The notes: generated by a model from the letters alone, not told the origin. A stretch of 64,000 bases of DNA from Alphaproteobacteria bacterium (GCA_965232515.1 CBDDPY010000002.1:2784001-2848000), one strand, 5' to 3'; shown: positions 28,465 through 38,397, counted from the stretch's first letter. A program made the numbers and translations.

Positions 28465-29343
28465 TCACGACAGACCGGCATACCAGTCCGCCACCGCTTT
28501 GCCGATCTCGTCGGGCGAGTCCTCCTGGATGAAATGGCTGCCGCGAACCGTGACTTCCGTTTGATTTGGCCAAGTGCGGCAGAACTCCCGCTGTTTGCCG
28601 ATCAGAATGGCGCCGGGATCGGCATTGATGAAGAGCTTCGGCACATGGCTGCCCTTCAGCCAATCGGCGTAGTTCCGGACGATCTCGACAACGTCCGCCG
28701 GCTTGCCCTCGATCGGAATCTGCCGCGGCCAGGTCAGTGTCGGCCGCCGGTCCTCGCCCGCTTCCTCAAAGGGGCGTCGGTAGACCGCCATCTCGTCGTC
28801 GGTCAACCCCCGCAGCACAGAGCCGGGCAGGACCCGCTCGACGAAAATATTCTTCTCCAGAACCATGGCCTCGCCAGCCTCCGACCGGAAACCCTGGAAA
28901 ACCGGCGTCGCCTCCTTGCTCCAGTCGTCCCAGGTGACCGGCTGCACCAGCGCCTCCATATAGGCGATGCCCTTGACCGCCTCGCGGTGCCGGTTCGCCC
29001 AGTCGAATCCCAGCGCCGAACCCCAATCGTGAATCACGAAGGTGACGTTTCCGGTGACGCCCAACGCCTCGAGGATGCCGTCGAAATACTGCCGGTGCTC
29101 GACAAATCGGTAGCTGTCAGGTCCGGCATTATCGAGCTTGTCGGAGTCCCCCATGCCGATCAGATCCGGCGCGATGCAGCGGCCCAGATGCTTCATGTGC
29201 GGCATCACGTTGCGCCAGAGGTATGAGGAGGTCGGATTGCCGTGCTGGAAGACGATCGGGTCGCCCTCGCCCATCTCGACATAGGCCATGGTCTTGCCCA
29301 GGACCTGGACCGCCTTCTTCGGATGTTCGGCCGCGGAGATCAT
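28465..29343 (-). CDS. Haloalkane dehalogenase (HLD-II, LinB/DmbA-like)
   Basis: [20 protein letters not shown] (nucleophile Asp), YMEA (acid Glu), [15 protein letters not shown] (His); ATG at 29343. Confidence 0.93.
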   Translation of the reverse strand: MISAAEHPKKAVQVLGKTMAYVEMGEGDPIVFQHGNPTSSYLWRNVMPHMKHLGRCIAPDLIGMGDSDKLDNAGPDSYRFVEHRQYFDGILEALGVTGNVTFVIHDWGSALGFDWANRHREAVKGIAYMEALVQPVTWDDWSKEATPVFQGFRSEAGEAMVLEKNIFVERVLPGSVLRGLTDDEMAVYRRPFEEAGEDRRPTLTWPRQIPIEGKPADVVEIVRNYADWLKGSHVPKLFINADPGAILIGKQREFCRTWPNQTEVTVRGSHFIQEDSPDEIGKAVADWYAGLS

Positions 29344-29386
29344 CTGCTGTCCTTTCCCGTGATTGCCTGTTGCGCGCCAGGCGACG

Positions 29387-30175
29387 TCATGCGCCGTTGA
29401 ACGACGGCTTCTGCTTGGCGACAAACGCGGCGATGCCGCCGCTGCCGTCGGCCGTCTTCGTCATCTCGACGATGGCTTGAGCCTCCCGCTCCATCTGTCC
29501 CTCGAGCGTGTCGTTGAAGCTTTCGTGCAGCAGCTTCTTGACGGCGCCGTAGGCGCGGGTCGGGCCGGTCGCCAGTTCGTGGGCGAGCTTGCCGGCCTCG
29601 GCCATCAAGTCGTCGTCCGGCACGATGCGGTCGATCATGGCGATCCCGGCCGCCTCGTCCGCCGTCAGGACCCGGTTGGTCAGCATCAGCTCGCGCGCCC
29701 GCCGCAGGCCGATCAGGCGGGGCAGCATGTAGGTCGAGCTGCCGTCCGGCGACAGCCCGGCCGCCGTGTAGGCGAGCGTGAACTTGGCCGAGACACCGGC
29801 CAGCACGAGATCGGCGGCGACCGCCAGACTGAGACCGCCACCGGCGGCCATGCCGTTGACGGCGGCGATGACCGGTGCGTCCATGCGGGCGAAACGCGTA
29901 ACCGCGGCATGCAGATAGGTCGTCATCTCCTTCAGCAGCGCCGGCAGCCCGTCACCGGCGGCGGCAAATCCCTTGAGATCACCGCCGGCGCAGAACATAC
30001 GGCCGGCCCCGGTCAGCAGCACGGCCCGGATCTTCGGATCCTCGTCGCAGCGGATCGCCGCGTGCAGCAGTTCGCGGGTCATCTGAAGGTCGAGGGCGTT
30101 CGCGGCATCCGGCCGGTTCAGGGTGATCCGGGCGACGTGTGCGTCCCGCTCGAAGGTCAGCAATTCATAATCCAC
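29387..30175 (-). CDS. Enoyl-CoA hydratase/isomerase (crotonase family)
   Basis: [34 protein letters not shown]; GTG at 30175. Confidence 0.9.
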   Translation of the reverse strand: MDYELLTFERDAHVARITLNRPDAANALDLQMTRELLHAAIRCDEDPKIRAVLLTGAGRMFCAGGDLKGFAAAGDGLPALLKEMTTYLHAAVTRFARMDAPVIAAVNGMAAGGGLSLAVAADLVLAGVSAKFTLAYTAAGLSPDGSSTYMLPRLIGLRRARELMLTNRVLTADEAAGIAMIDRIVPDDDLMAEAGKLAHELATGPTRAYGAVKKLLHESFNDTLEGQMEREAQAIVEMTKTADGSGGIAAFVAKQKPSFNGA

Positions 30176-30200
30176 GTGTCCCTCCCCGGGCCATCGCCCG

Positions 30201-30797
30201 TCAATCCTTGTCGGCCGCCCGTTCGGCCAGATGCCGGCTGGCGCGCAGAATGCGCTTCGATACGGTTTCGCTTTCAACCGCCCGCGCCAGCATCAAGCCG
30301 CCAACGCACAGCGCGAGAACCGCATAGGACTTGTCTTGCGCGCCCAGATCGGCGCCGTCGCTCAAGCAGGCCGCCATGCGATCGGCCGACTTACGCAACT
30401 CGGTCTCGAAGACACGGCGCGCGTCGGGCCCGTCGCGGGCGATTTCCGGCGACAGCGGCGGAAACGGGCAGCCGTCGCCCGGATCGTCGCGATGCCGGAC
30501 ATTCAGATACCGCCGGGCGATCCAGGCCAGCCAAGCCGCCTCGTCCAGGTCGGGGCGCGGCTCGATCCAGCGCTCGCGGTGGTTCGTCGCCGCCGACAGG
30601 GCTTCCGCGACCAGCGCCTCTTTGTCTTCGAAATGACTGTAGAAGCCGCCATGCGTGAGCCCGGCCGCCGACATCACGTCCGCGACCGAGGCGCCGTCTA
30701 TGCCGCGTTCACGGAACAGCCGTGCGGCCGCGGCGACGATGGTGTCGTGCGACGCCTGCTTTTGAGCCTGCCGCGACGTTGTCGACGCGCCGTTCAT
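30201..30797 (-). CDS. TetR/AcrR family transcriptional regulator
   Basis: AAARLFRERGIDGASVADVMSAAGLTHGGFYSHFEDKEAL, GCP. Confidence 0.93.
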   Translation of the reverse strand: MNGASTTSRQAQKQASHDTIVAAAARLFRERGIDGASVADVMSAAGLTHGGFYSHFEDKEALVAEALSAATNHRERWIEPRPDLDEAAWLAWIARRYLNVRHRDDPGDGCPFPPLSPEIARDGPDARRVFETELRKSADRMAACLSDGADLGAQDKSYAVLALCVGGLMLARAVESETVSKRILRASRHLAERAADKD

Positions 30798-30809
30798 ACC
30801 TTCGCCATG

Positions 30810-30839
30810 CATTTCATATGATGAACATCATATGAAATG
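30810..30839. promoter_or_regulatory. Palindromic operator, probably bound by the adjacent TetR
   Basis: Perfect 14-bp inverted repeat CATTTCATATGATG-AA-CATCATATGAAATG just upstream of the tetR start. Confidence 0.8.
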
Positions 30840-30897
30840 ATCAGCGTATTCCGCATTGCAGTCAACCGTTGATCGCGACCGGGTACGCTTTGGTTCG

Positions 30898-32325
30898 TCA
30901 GTTCGCGCGGACGACGTCGAAGGCCACGCTGACACGCAGGGTATTGTCGCTGAACGGCACCGTACGGTGATAGAAATAGGATGGGAACATGACGATCATG
31001 CCCTCGTACGGCGACACCAGGCGGGTCAACGGTTCGGCACGGCAAAGGAAGTCGGCGCCGGGCCGGCCGAACTCGATCCAGCCGGCTTCCGGCTCGGCCG
31101 ACGGATCGGCGACATCAGGCAATCGGGCGTAGTAGACCCCGCTCATCCAGCCGAACGGGTGAATGTGCGGCGCCTGATGGCCGCCGCCGGCAAGCAACGT
31201 GCCCCAGACGTTCAGCCGCCAGCGCGCCGGCGGATCGGCCAGGAACGGGTGTTCCGGATCGCGTTCGATCGCCTGTATGCGCTCGGCGACCGCCCGCTCG
31301 ATCATCGCCAGCAGATCGCCGATAGGACCTGTGTGCTGCTGCTTCATCAGGTCGGCGGTCTGGTGACCGTGTCGCGTCGTCGAATGGTTCGGTTCGAAGC
31401 GCAGGCTGGGATGCGCCTGCAGCGCGTCGATCAACGCCGCGTGAAATGCCGCCCTATCGGCGTAGCCAGGCGGCGGATCGAGGGTTCTGACGGCAAGAAA
31501 CCGGTCGAAATCCAGCAGACGGTCGGCCGCTTCCCGGTCGCCGACCTCGTTCAGCAGCATGGCCTCGTTGGCGAGCGCTCGCATGCCTCCGGGATCGACT
31601 TGCCGATGCCTGCGACAGGCCTGCATGGCGCCGTCGACATCGCCCTTTTGCATCAGCGCATTGGTCAGGCCGTTGTAGCTTTCGCCCAGATCCGGCCGGC
31701 CGGCGATCGACTGCCGATACATGGCGATCGCGTCATCGAGCGCGCCGAGTTCCTGCAGCACGTTCGCCAGGTTCTTCATGATTTCCGGATCGGGTCTGGC
31801 AGCCAGCGCCTCGCGGTAGGTCGCCGCGGCTTCGGCCAGCGCTCCCTGTTCGAGCAACAGGTTCGCCAGATTTGCGCGCGCCTCGACGTAGTTCGGGGCC
31901 AGCGCCAGGATACGCCGGTAGAGATTAACCGCTTCGTCCATCTGCTCACGCATGCGCAGCAGGTTGGCGAGCGTGAACAGCGCCGTGAGATTGTTGGGAT
32001 CGACATCGAGCGCCCGCCGGCAGGCCGCCTCGGCCGCCGAAGACTGATCCTGCGCCAGCAGCACGGTGGCGTAGTTTGCCTGGGCGTCTGCGAAGTCCGG
32101 GTAGACGGCCGCCGCCTTGCCGAGCATGGAAAGCGCCGTTGCGGGATCGCCCGACTGAAAGGCCGCCATGCCGCCCAGGTTCAACGCATCCCGGTTGTCG
32201 GGCCGGTCCGCCAGCACGGACCGATAGAGCGTCAAGGCGTCGTCGATCCGCCCAGACCGATGATGCGCGACCGCCTGTTGCAGCCGGCCGAATACCTCTT
32301 CGTCGCTGGAAGCGCCCGCCGTCAT
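30898..32325 (-). CDS. TPR-repeat protein with C-terminal putative 2OG-Fe(II) oxygenase domain
   Basis: About 6 TPR-like repeats, then HIHPFGWMSGVYY...FPSYFYHRTVPF...RVSVAFD. Confidence 0.85.
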   Translation of the reverse strand: MTAGASSDEEVFGRLQQAVAHHRSGRIDDALTLYRSVLADRPDNRDALNLGGMAAFQSGDPATALSMLGKAAAVYPDFADAQANYATVLLAQDQSSAAEAACRRALDVDPNNLTALFTLANLLRMREQMDEAVNLYRRILALAPNYVEARANLANLLLEQGALAEAAATYREALAARPDPEIMKNLANVLQELGALDDAIAMYRQSIAGRPDLGESYNGLTNALMQKGDVDGAMQACRRHRQVDPGGMRALANEAMLLNEVGDREAADRLLDFDRFLAVRTLDPPPGYADRAAFHAALIDALQAHPSLRFEPNHSTTRHGHQTADLMKQQHTGPIGDLLAMIERAVAERIQAIERDPEHPFLADPPARWRLNVWGTLLAGGGHQAPHIHPFGWMSGVYYARLPDVADPSAEPEAGWIEFGRPGADFLCRAEPLTRLVSPYEGMIVMFPSYFYHRTVPFSDNTLRVSVAFDVVRAN

Positions 32326-32433
32326 TCCGGCACCTGCTTATCGCGTTTCGTCAGCACCAACGCCACCTGTTGACGCAACAAAGCGCAGGCAATCGGGAAA
32401 GGCAATCCCGCACGCGACGGCTGCGACAATCGG

Positions 32434-33198
32434 TCAGAGCGCAATGGGTTCGTAACGCGCCTGATCCGGCCGGCCGGCGGCGAACAGCCAGCGCGGCGAC
32501 TGCCGTTCCGATGTCAGTGACGTCGGCGGCACCGGCAACGCGATCAGCGAGCTGGAGGTCGTCCCGAAGCCCCAATCCGTCGCGATCGACATGGCCGCGG
32601 CCGGCCCGTCGGCGGCATCGAACGAGGTATCGGCGAGGACGTCCTGCCAGGCCCGCCACTCGTCCACCTCCGGCGCCGGCTCGTCGGCGGCCTCGAACCT
32701 GGGCAGATAGCGCCGGGTCCGCGCGCACGCGGGATCGTTCCGGTCGTGGGCCGTCAGCACGCTGAGACCGGTCGGCAGCGGCATCACCTCGATCCCCGCG
32801 GCATTGTCGGCGTTGCGCAGCCAGAACGCCGCGTCTACGTCGGCAACGATCAGGTTGAAGCTGCGATAGGCATCGGGATCCAAATCCGCCAAGGCCCAGG
32901 CCGCGGCAGACGCCTCGGCATGGTCGAGCGCCTCCAGCACCAGCTCGCCACGACTGCGTTTGTTCGATTGCGGTCCCAGACTGCCGGTACGGTTGAGGAT
33001 GGCAGCCAGCACGCCGTCGTCGTTGAGGCCCAGCCAGGTGCCGCCCGCCAGATGGTCGAGGCCGGCCACGACATCGGGGCGGTCCGGCCAGTGGCGCGCC
33101 GGCGGCGCCCAGGGCCGGTCTGTCATCTCGTCACGGTTGGCGGCGAACAGCACCGGCCAGGCATGGCCCGGGCGACGCAACAAAACGGCGGTGCACAT
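32434..33198 (-). CDS. NRDE/TANGO2 family protein
   Basis: MC start, AANRDE, GGTWLG, SRGEL, FNL. Confidence 0.9.
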   Translation of the reverse strand: MCTAVLLRRPGHAWPVLFAANRDEMTDRPWAPPARHWPDRPDVVAGLDHLAGGTWLGLNDDGVLAAILNRTGSLGPQSNKRSRGELVLEALDHAEASAAAWALADLDPDAYRSFNLIVADVDAAFWLRNADNAAGIEVMPLPTGLSVLTAHDRNDPACARTRRYLPRFEAADEPAPEVDEWRAWQDVLADTSFDAADGPAAAMSIATDWGFGTTSSSLIALPVPPTSLTSERQSPRWLFAAGRPDQARYEPIAL

Positions 33199-33202
33199 GC
33201 GG

Positions 33203-34288
33203 TCAGGCGCGCAGGGCCGCAAGCCCGTCCCAGTCGAACGCGACGCCGTGGCCGGGCCGTTCCGACGCGGTCGCGTAGCCGTCGACGATCTCCAGCGGCT
33301 CGGCGATGAAACGCTCGAGCCCAAACCCGTGCACTTCAAGGAAGGAGGCGTTCGGCACGGCGGCCAACAGATGCACGTGCAGGTCATGCACGCCGTGCGA
33401 CGTGACCGGCAGGTTATGCGCCTCGGCCAGATGCGCGACCTTCATCCAGGGCGTGATGCCGCCACAGTTCGAGACATCCGGCTCGGGGAAATCGACGCCG
33501 CCGGCGGCGATCATCTGGCGGAATTCATGCAGGGTACGGAAGTTCTCGCCGGTGGCGATCGGCAGCGGTGCTTCCTGCGCGATCCTCACGTGGCCAGGCA
33601 CGTCATCGGGAATGGTCGGCTCCTCCAGCCAGAATACGTCATGTTCGGCCAGCGCGCGGGACGCGCGGATCGCCTCGTCGACGCGCCAGCGCATATTGGC
33701 GTCGACCAGCAGCGGGACATCGGGCCCAAGCCGTTCGCGCATGGCGGCGACGCGTTCCACGTCCTCATGCAGCCGCGGCCGCCCGACCTTCATTTTTATC
33801 GCCCGAAAACCTTTCGCGATATTGTCGTCCGTTTGCTGCAACAGCGCGTCAAGCGTGAACTGCAGATCGATTCCGCCGGCATAGGCCTTGACCCGCGGGT
33901 CGTGGCCGCCGAGCAGGCGCCAGAGCGGCGTCCGCAGCCGGCACGCTTTCAGATCCCAGAGCGCAATGTCGATCGCGGCCATGGCGAAGCTGCCCGCGCC
34001 GCCGCGTCCGGCATAATGCATGCCCCACCACATGCGTTTCCAAAGCGCTTCGATCCGGTCGCCGTCCTTGCCGAGCAGCAGCGGCTTCAGATCGCCGTCG
34101 ATCAGCCGATGGATCGCCGCCGCGCCGGGGCCGACCGTATAGGTGTAACCGAGCCCCGTGGCGCCGTCGGCGTCCCGCAACCGCACCGTCACCAGATCGA
34201 AAAACGGGATGTCGCCGTGCGTGGAGTCCGACAGCGTCACCGGCAGTGGGATGCGGTAATGATCCGCGGTCAGTTCGGCAATGGTCAT
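33203..34288 (-). CDS. Mandelate racemase/muconate lactonising enzyme family protein
   Basis: IDIALWDL, KMKVG, VDAN, WLEEP, ATGEN. Confidence 0.92.
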   Translation of the reverse strand: MTIAELTADHYRIPLPVTLSDSTHGDIPFFDLVTVRLRDADGATGLGYTYTVGPGAAAIHRLIDGDLKPLLLGKDGDRIEALWKRMWWGMHYAGRGGAGSFAMAAIDIALWDLKACRLRTPLWRLLGGHDPRVKAYAGGIDLQFTLDALLQQTDDNIAKGFRAIKMKVGRPRLHEDVERVAAMRERLGPDVPLLVDANMRWRVDEAIRASRALAEHDVFWLEEPTIPDDVPGHVRIAQEAPLPIATGENFRTLHEFRQMIAAGGVDFPEPDVSNCGGITPWMKVAHLAEAHNLPVTSHGVHDLHVHLLAAVPNASFLEVHGFGLERFIAEPLEIVDGYATASERPGHGVAFDWDGLAALRA

Positions 34289-34326
34289 CCGGCTCTCCAC
34301 TCAATGTCGGCCGTGAAAGACTAGCA

Positions 34327-35322
34327 CTAAGCCAAGCGGTCGTCCGGGCCGACCAGAGACCGGGGCGCCTCGCCGCCGAGCGCGCGGCGGATGTTCTCGG
34401 CGGCACGTCGAAGACCGATCGCTCCGGCGCCCGGCACGGACGCCGAGTTGTGCGGTGAGGCCAGCACGTTCGGCAGGTCGAGAAACGGGTGGTCCATGCG
34501 GAACGCGCCGTGGCGGATGGGTTCGACCCACCAGGCGTCGACGCAGGCGGTAAAGTCGGGGTTTTCTTTCAGGTGCGCATAAAGCGCCGCCTCGTCGATA
34601 ATCTCGCCGCGCGCCAGATTGACCAGGATCGCGTCCGGCCGCATGCGGGCCAGCTCTTGCGGACCGATCAGACCCGTCGTCGACCGCGTCAACGGCGTTG
34701 CAATGACGAGAACGTCGGCGGCGCGCAACACCTCGCCCAGCGCTTCCGGCGGGCCGATGAACTCGACCGGCTGATCCGTGACGCCGCTCCGGTTGATCGC
34801 CATGACCCGCATGCCGAGCCCCCGCGCCAGGCGCGCCGTCGCCTGGCCGACACCGCCAAACCCGACGATGCCGCAGACGCCGCCGCCGAGCATTCTGTTG
34901 GCGGCGAATTGATTGAACTGACCCGCCTGCAGGTTCCGATGCTCGATCAGCAGCCGCTTCGACGCCGCGAGCGCCATGGCCATGCCATGCTCGGCCATCG
35001 GTTCGGCATAGGCGCCCGCATTGCAGGCGATAGGGAGACCGGCGGGCAGCCGGTCAAGCCGGATGAAATCGATGCCGGCGGAAACGAACTGCAAGAGCTT
35101 GGCGCCGGCGATCAGGGCGCACTCGTCATCGTGCAGTTCGTGATCCGTATTGCGGGACAGCACGGCGGCAGCGCCAGCCAGCAGGGCCGCGCGCTCCGAC
35201 TCCGAGGCATCGCCGAGATAGACCGGCTCGGCGCCACCGCCAAGCCCGGCGGCGATCGCCGCGCGCGCATCGCCGTTCGCCTTAAACAGGACAGCTACGT
35301 TATCCATGACGCCATCGTACAC
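34327..35322 (-). CDS. D-isomer-specific 2-hydroxyacid dehydrogenase
   Basis: GFGGVG, LVNLARG, SPHNS. Confidence 0.88.
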   Translation of the reverse strand: MYDGVMDNVAVLFKANGDARAAIAAGLGGGAEPVYLGDASESERAALLAGAAAVLSRNTDHELHDDECALIAGAKLLQFVSAGIDFIRLDRLPAGLPIACNAGAYAEPMAEHGMAMALAASKRLLIEHRNLQAGQFNQFAANRMLGGGVCGIVGFGGVGQATARLARGLGMRVMAINRSGVTDQPVEFIGPPEALGEVLRAADVLVIATPLTRSTTGLIGPQELARMRPDAILVNLARGEIIDEAALYAHLKENPDFTACVDAWWVEPIRHGAFRMDHPFLDLPNVLASPHNSASVPGAGAIGLRRAAENIRRALGGEAPRSLVGPDDRLA

Positions 35323-35369
35323 GCGGCGGCTGGCTGACCATGGTGCAAACGCCGACTGCCGGAACCGCG

Positions 35370-35864
35370 TCAGTCGCTGAACATGCCGATGCTGAAGACG
35401 AGGAATTCGAAGACCTCGTCTTCAGGCACCCGCCAGCCGACGTACACGCTGGTCTTCCGCGTCTGATCGTTCGGCGCGAATTCGCGCGCGCCGCTGGTCA
35501 CGTACCAGCCCTGCGCGTCCGGCAGGCCGATCACGCTGGTCGTGAAGTCACTGTGCGAAGGTTCCGGATTGTCGCCGATATAGTAGGTCGGCACCCAGTC
35601 ATCGGTACTGGCGAACAGCGGCTTGAACTGCAGCTCGAAGCGGATCTTGCGCCAAACCGTCTGATCGCGGATCAGCAGGTGCACGTCGTGGGACTTGGTC
35701 AGACTGATCAGCGAGGTGCCGGCTTCGGTGCGCAAATGCAGTCCCTCCTCGGTCAGGGTCTGCGTCACGCCGTCGCTGTAGACCTCCCAGCCTTCCATAT
35801 GCATGCAGGCGAATGGGGTCACGTTGAACGCCGAGCTTACCTTCGCGCGTGCGCGTCCCAGCAT
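35370..35864 (-). CDS. Hypothetical protein (164 aa, beta-rich)
   Basis: Natural amino-acid composition and GC-rich third codon positions; fills the gap; no family recognised. Confidence 0.6.
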   Translation of the reverse strand: MLGRARAKVSSAFNVTPFACMHMEGWEVYSDGVTQTLTEEGLHLRTEAGTSLISLTKSHDVHLLIRDQTVWRKIRFELQFKPLFASTDDWVPTYYIGDNPEPSHSDFTTSVIGLPDAQGWYVTSGAREFAPNDQTRKTSVYVGWRVPEDEVFEFLVFSIGMFSD

Positions 35865-36020
35865 GCCGCACCTTTTCGGCTGATCCTCGATCGTCCGGTC
35901 ACATGCGGGCCGCCAAGCGGCGGCGAATAGACCGAATCAACCGCTAAACAAGCACGGGGGTCGGGCCAGGGCAAGCCTGGCCAGGAACAATTCAGACGGG
36001 GAAACAGATTGGCGGAAACA

Positions 36021-36058
36021 GAAAACGCCCCGCGTGCCGTGACGGCGCGCGGGGCGTT
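36021..36058 (-). terminator. Rho-independent terminator
   Basis: GC hairpin AACGCCCCGCG...CGCGGGGCGTT running into TTTT on the minus strand, downstream of 36085..36363. Confidence 0.7.
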
Positions 36059-36084
36059 GTCGACCACCCTGTGCTGAGCTGTGC

Positions 36085-36363
36085 TTAACGCACCAGTTCG
36101 CGCCGCAGGCCGTGATAGACCCGTGTCGGCGGCGATCTGAACTCAACTTCGACCCAACGCGGCGCGCCGCTTTGAGTCTGCAACCGCCAGGTATCGCCGG
36201 TTTCGCGGTCGAGCAGCAGCACGCCGCCGCCTTCCGCCGTAACGATCTGATAACGCGGCGCTTCCGATACCTGCAATAGAGACGTCTCTTGCGCGGCAAG
36301 TGGCGCCGCCACGCCCAAACCGACCGTTATCGCGACGGCCGCAAAAAACTTCGATCTCATCAT
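36085..36363 (-). CDS. Small exported hypothetical protein
   Basis: GAGGA RBS, signal peptide ending LAA, RYQIV...VLLLDRETGDTW, followed by a terminator. Confidence 0.75.
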   Translation of the reverse strand: MMRSKFFAAVAITVGLGVAAPLAAQETSLLQVSEAPRYQIVTAEGGGVLLLDRETGDTWRLQTQSGAPRWVEVEFRSPPTRVYHGLRRELVR

Positions 36364-36435
36364 GCTGTTGTCCTCATTACCCTGCGGACATGATTTTGCA
36401 AAAATTTTATGAATTTTAAAAGGAATTATTTATTG

Positions 36436-36454
36436 TTAACTAATAATTAACCAT
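36436..36454 (+). promoter_or_regulatory. Consensus CtrA-binding site
   Basis: TTAA-CTAATAA-TTAACCAT, exact TTAA-N7-TTAAC; GANTC sites at 36455 and 36479. Confidence 0.7.
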
Positions 36455-36662
36455 GATTCGAGTTTTTATACTTAACAAGAATCAAGAAAATCTCAGATTT
36501 CGACCTAAAGTTGGAATGTTCCTGAAAAGAAGACAGTAACGTGCAAATTTCTTCAGATGACGCGCCGCAAACCAGAATTCGAATTCCCAAATCGCGGAAC
36601 CTTTTAACATCGACAACATGGTGTCTTCGGTTCAATATCGACCCTATAGGGGGCGCTGATGG

Positions 36663-37451
36663 TTGGGGCGACGTATGAGCAGAGCGTTAGCGGTCTGCGA
36701 AACGACGATGGCGCGATCACGCCGCTTGATGCTGCAAGGGCACGGCGACGAAGCGGCCAAGACGGCCGCACGCATTTACGACTGCCGCGGGCGCGCGTCC
36801 CTGAGATGCCCAAGGGCCCGGATCTGCGCCAAGCGATTTCCGGCGCCGACGCTGACGTCGACAACCAAGCCTGACGAACCGGGCCTGCTCGTCACGGACA
36901 CGCCGGCCCGAAACATCATCGTGAACGGCCATCGCACGCGGCACGGCGTCATCAACGTCGAAACGGCGGCCGACAAGCTTGGCAACGAAATCGTGGTTCG
37001 AACCTTGGACCTGGATCTCGCCCGCGGCTATGAGGACTCCGGCATGCGCACGTTCCTCGCCATGTACGAGGAGATGCGGCGGCCGACCTTCGACGACATC
37101 GGTTTCGACAGGCTGGCACAGCATTCCTGGATGCCCTGGCTCTACCGCATGGGCTTCGAGGACCCGAACAACCCCCGTTATCTCCATTGCGGCGACGGTA
37201 TCGTCAACCATTTCGGCGCCAATCATACCGGCCGCACGCTCGGCGACCTGGGCAGCGACAGTCATCGCCTGGTCATGGGTGGCATCAGCCGGAAGGTTCG
37301 TGTCGAGGGCCGGCCGCACTACGGGCGCATTACGCGGGTGCTGAGGGTGCCGGGCGCGATCCCCAGCCTGAGCTATCGGCGTCTGGAAGTTCCGATCTTC
37401 GACGGTGCGTCGGTGACCGGATCATTGGTCTACTTCTCGGCGGAGTGCTGA
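36663..37451 (+). CDS. Protein with a divergent PAS_5-like C-terminal domain
   Basis: RYLHCGDGIVNHFGANHTGRTL...RPHY...SYRRLEVPIFDGASVTGSL; true start probably downstream of 36663. Confidence 0.62.
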   Translation: MGRRMSRALAVCETTMARSRRLMLQGHGDEAAKTAARIYDCRGRASLRCPRARICAKRFPAPTLTSTTKPDEPGLLVTDTPARNIIVNGHRTRHGVINVETAADKLGNEIVVRTLDLDLARGYEDSGMRTFLAMYEEMRRPTFDDIGFDRLAQHSWMPWLYRMGFEDPNNPRYLHCGDGIVNHFGANHTGRTLGDLGSDSHRLVMGGISRKVRVEGRPHYGRITRVLRVPGAIPSLSYRRLEVPIFDGASVTGSLVYFSAEC

Positions 37452-38150
37452 GGTGTCGTCGGCGAGCTGGTCGAGCATCTCCGCGCGGCTGATGGCGTTG
37501 CAGTAGACGTCGTACTCGAGACCGAGCGGCTCGAACACGCCCGTCGAAAACAGCGTCGTGCTGGTATAGCCATAGACGCGCCGTTGCACGCCGTTGTCGG
37601 CCATGGCGCGGTCAACCAGGCCCGTGCACCAATCGACCTGCCAGTCGCGCATCGCCAACGCGCGGGGGATACGGGTGAGATACCAGGTCAAACGGCGACC
37701 GGAAAAATCATTCCCGCGCCATGGCGGTCGGACAACCGCAGCGCCGCCATGGCCGACGCGTCCCCGGATCGGCGGCATCGACGGGTCGTCGACAAAACCG
37801 CCGAGCGGTGTCGGCGGCGCACCGTCCGGACCACCCCAGAGCGTCCCCTCGCGCAGAACCTGCTTGTAGTCATCGCAGACGTCGAGCCGCTGGCAGGTCC
37901 AGGCAATGGTGTCGTCGCCGATGCGCATGCGAAACCAGCGCGCGACAAACGCATCCGGTGAGTGCCGACGCGGATCGAACCCCGGATAGATGAACCGGGC
38001 GACATCGCGATGCCGCTCCGCCGTCTCGAGCCAGCGCCAGAGATCGTCGTCGGCGGTGACCACAATGTCATGCCGGGCCAGGACGCGTTCGGCCAGACCA
38101 AGAAAAATCTCGATCCGGTCCAGGTCATCGTCTGTCAGATCGCCCGCCAC
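37422..38150 (-). CDS. Hypothetical protein, possible GNAT/acyltransferase-like fold
   Basis: GRVGHGGAAVVRPPWRG resembles GNAT motif A (V-x-P-x-x-R-G); YPGFDP; ends with YGY. Confidence 0.6.
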   Translation of the reverse strand: MAGDLTDDDLDRIEIFLGLAERVLARHDIVVTADDDLWRWLETAERHRDVARFIYPGFDPRRHSPDAFVARWFRMRIGDDTIAWTCQRLDVCDDYKQVLREGTLWGGPDGAPPTPLGGFVDDPSMPPIRGRVGHGGAAVVRPPWRGNDFSGRRLTWYLTRIPRALAMRDWQVDWCTGLVDRAMADNGVQRRVYGYTSTTLFSTGVFEPLGLEYDVYCNAISRAEMLDQLADDTSALRREVDQ

Positions 38151-38205
38151 ACCCCCGTCACCACGGCTCGCTTTGGCGGCCGGTCAGCTCGGACCGGCCG
38201 ATCGG

Positions 38206-38397
38206 TCAGTGTCTAGTGGCCTCCAGCTCGTGAGCGTCTTCGACCACGGCAAGGTTTGCCACCTCGATCAAATGCGCCACCAGCTTGAAGTCCGCCCGAA
38301 GCGCGGCGTCGCGCAGCGCCGAGAGCGCCGACTGCAACTCACGCGCGGTAAGTGAACGCTCGACCACGTCCATACCGCCCCCCACCGCGTTTTCCAT
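38206..38397 (-). CDS. Small helical hypothetical protein
   Basis: AGGAGA RBS; LSALRDAALRADFKLVAHLIEVANL forms a helical-hairpin pattern. Confidence 0.6.
   Translation of the reverse strand: MENAVGGGMDVVERSLTARELQSALSALRDAALRADFKLVAHLIEVANLAVVEDAHELEATRH

Noticed and set aside
36390-36640. Horizontally acquired island or small ORF 36447..36635
   Set aside because: The low-GC stretch is only about 250 nt and intergenic, with no integrase, tRNA or flanking repeats; better explained as a promoter region
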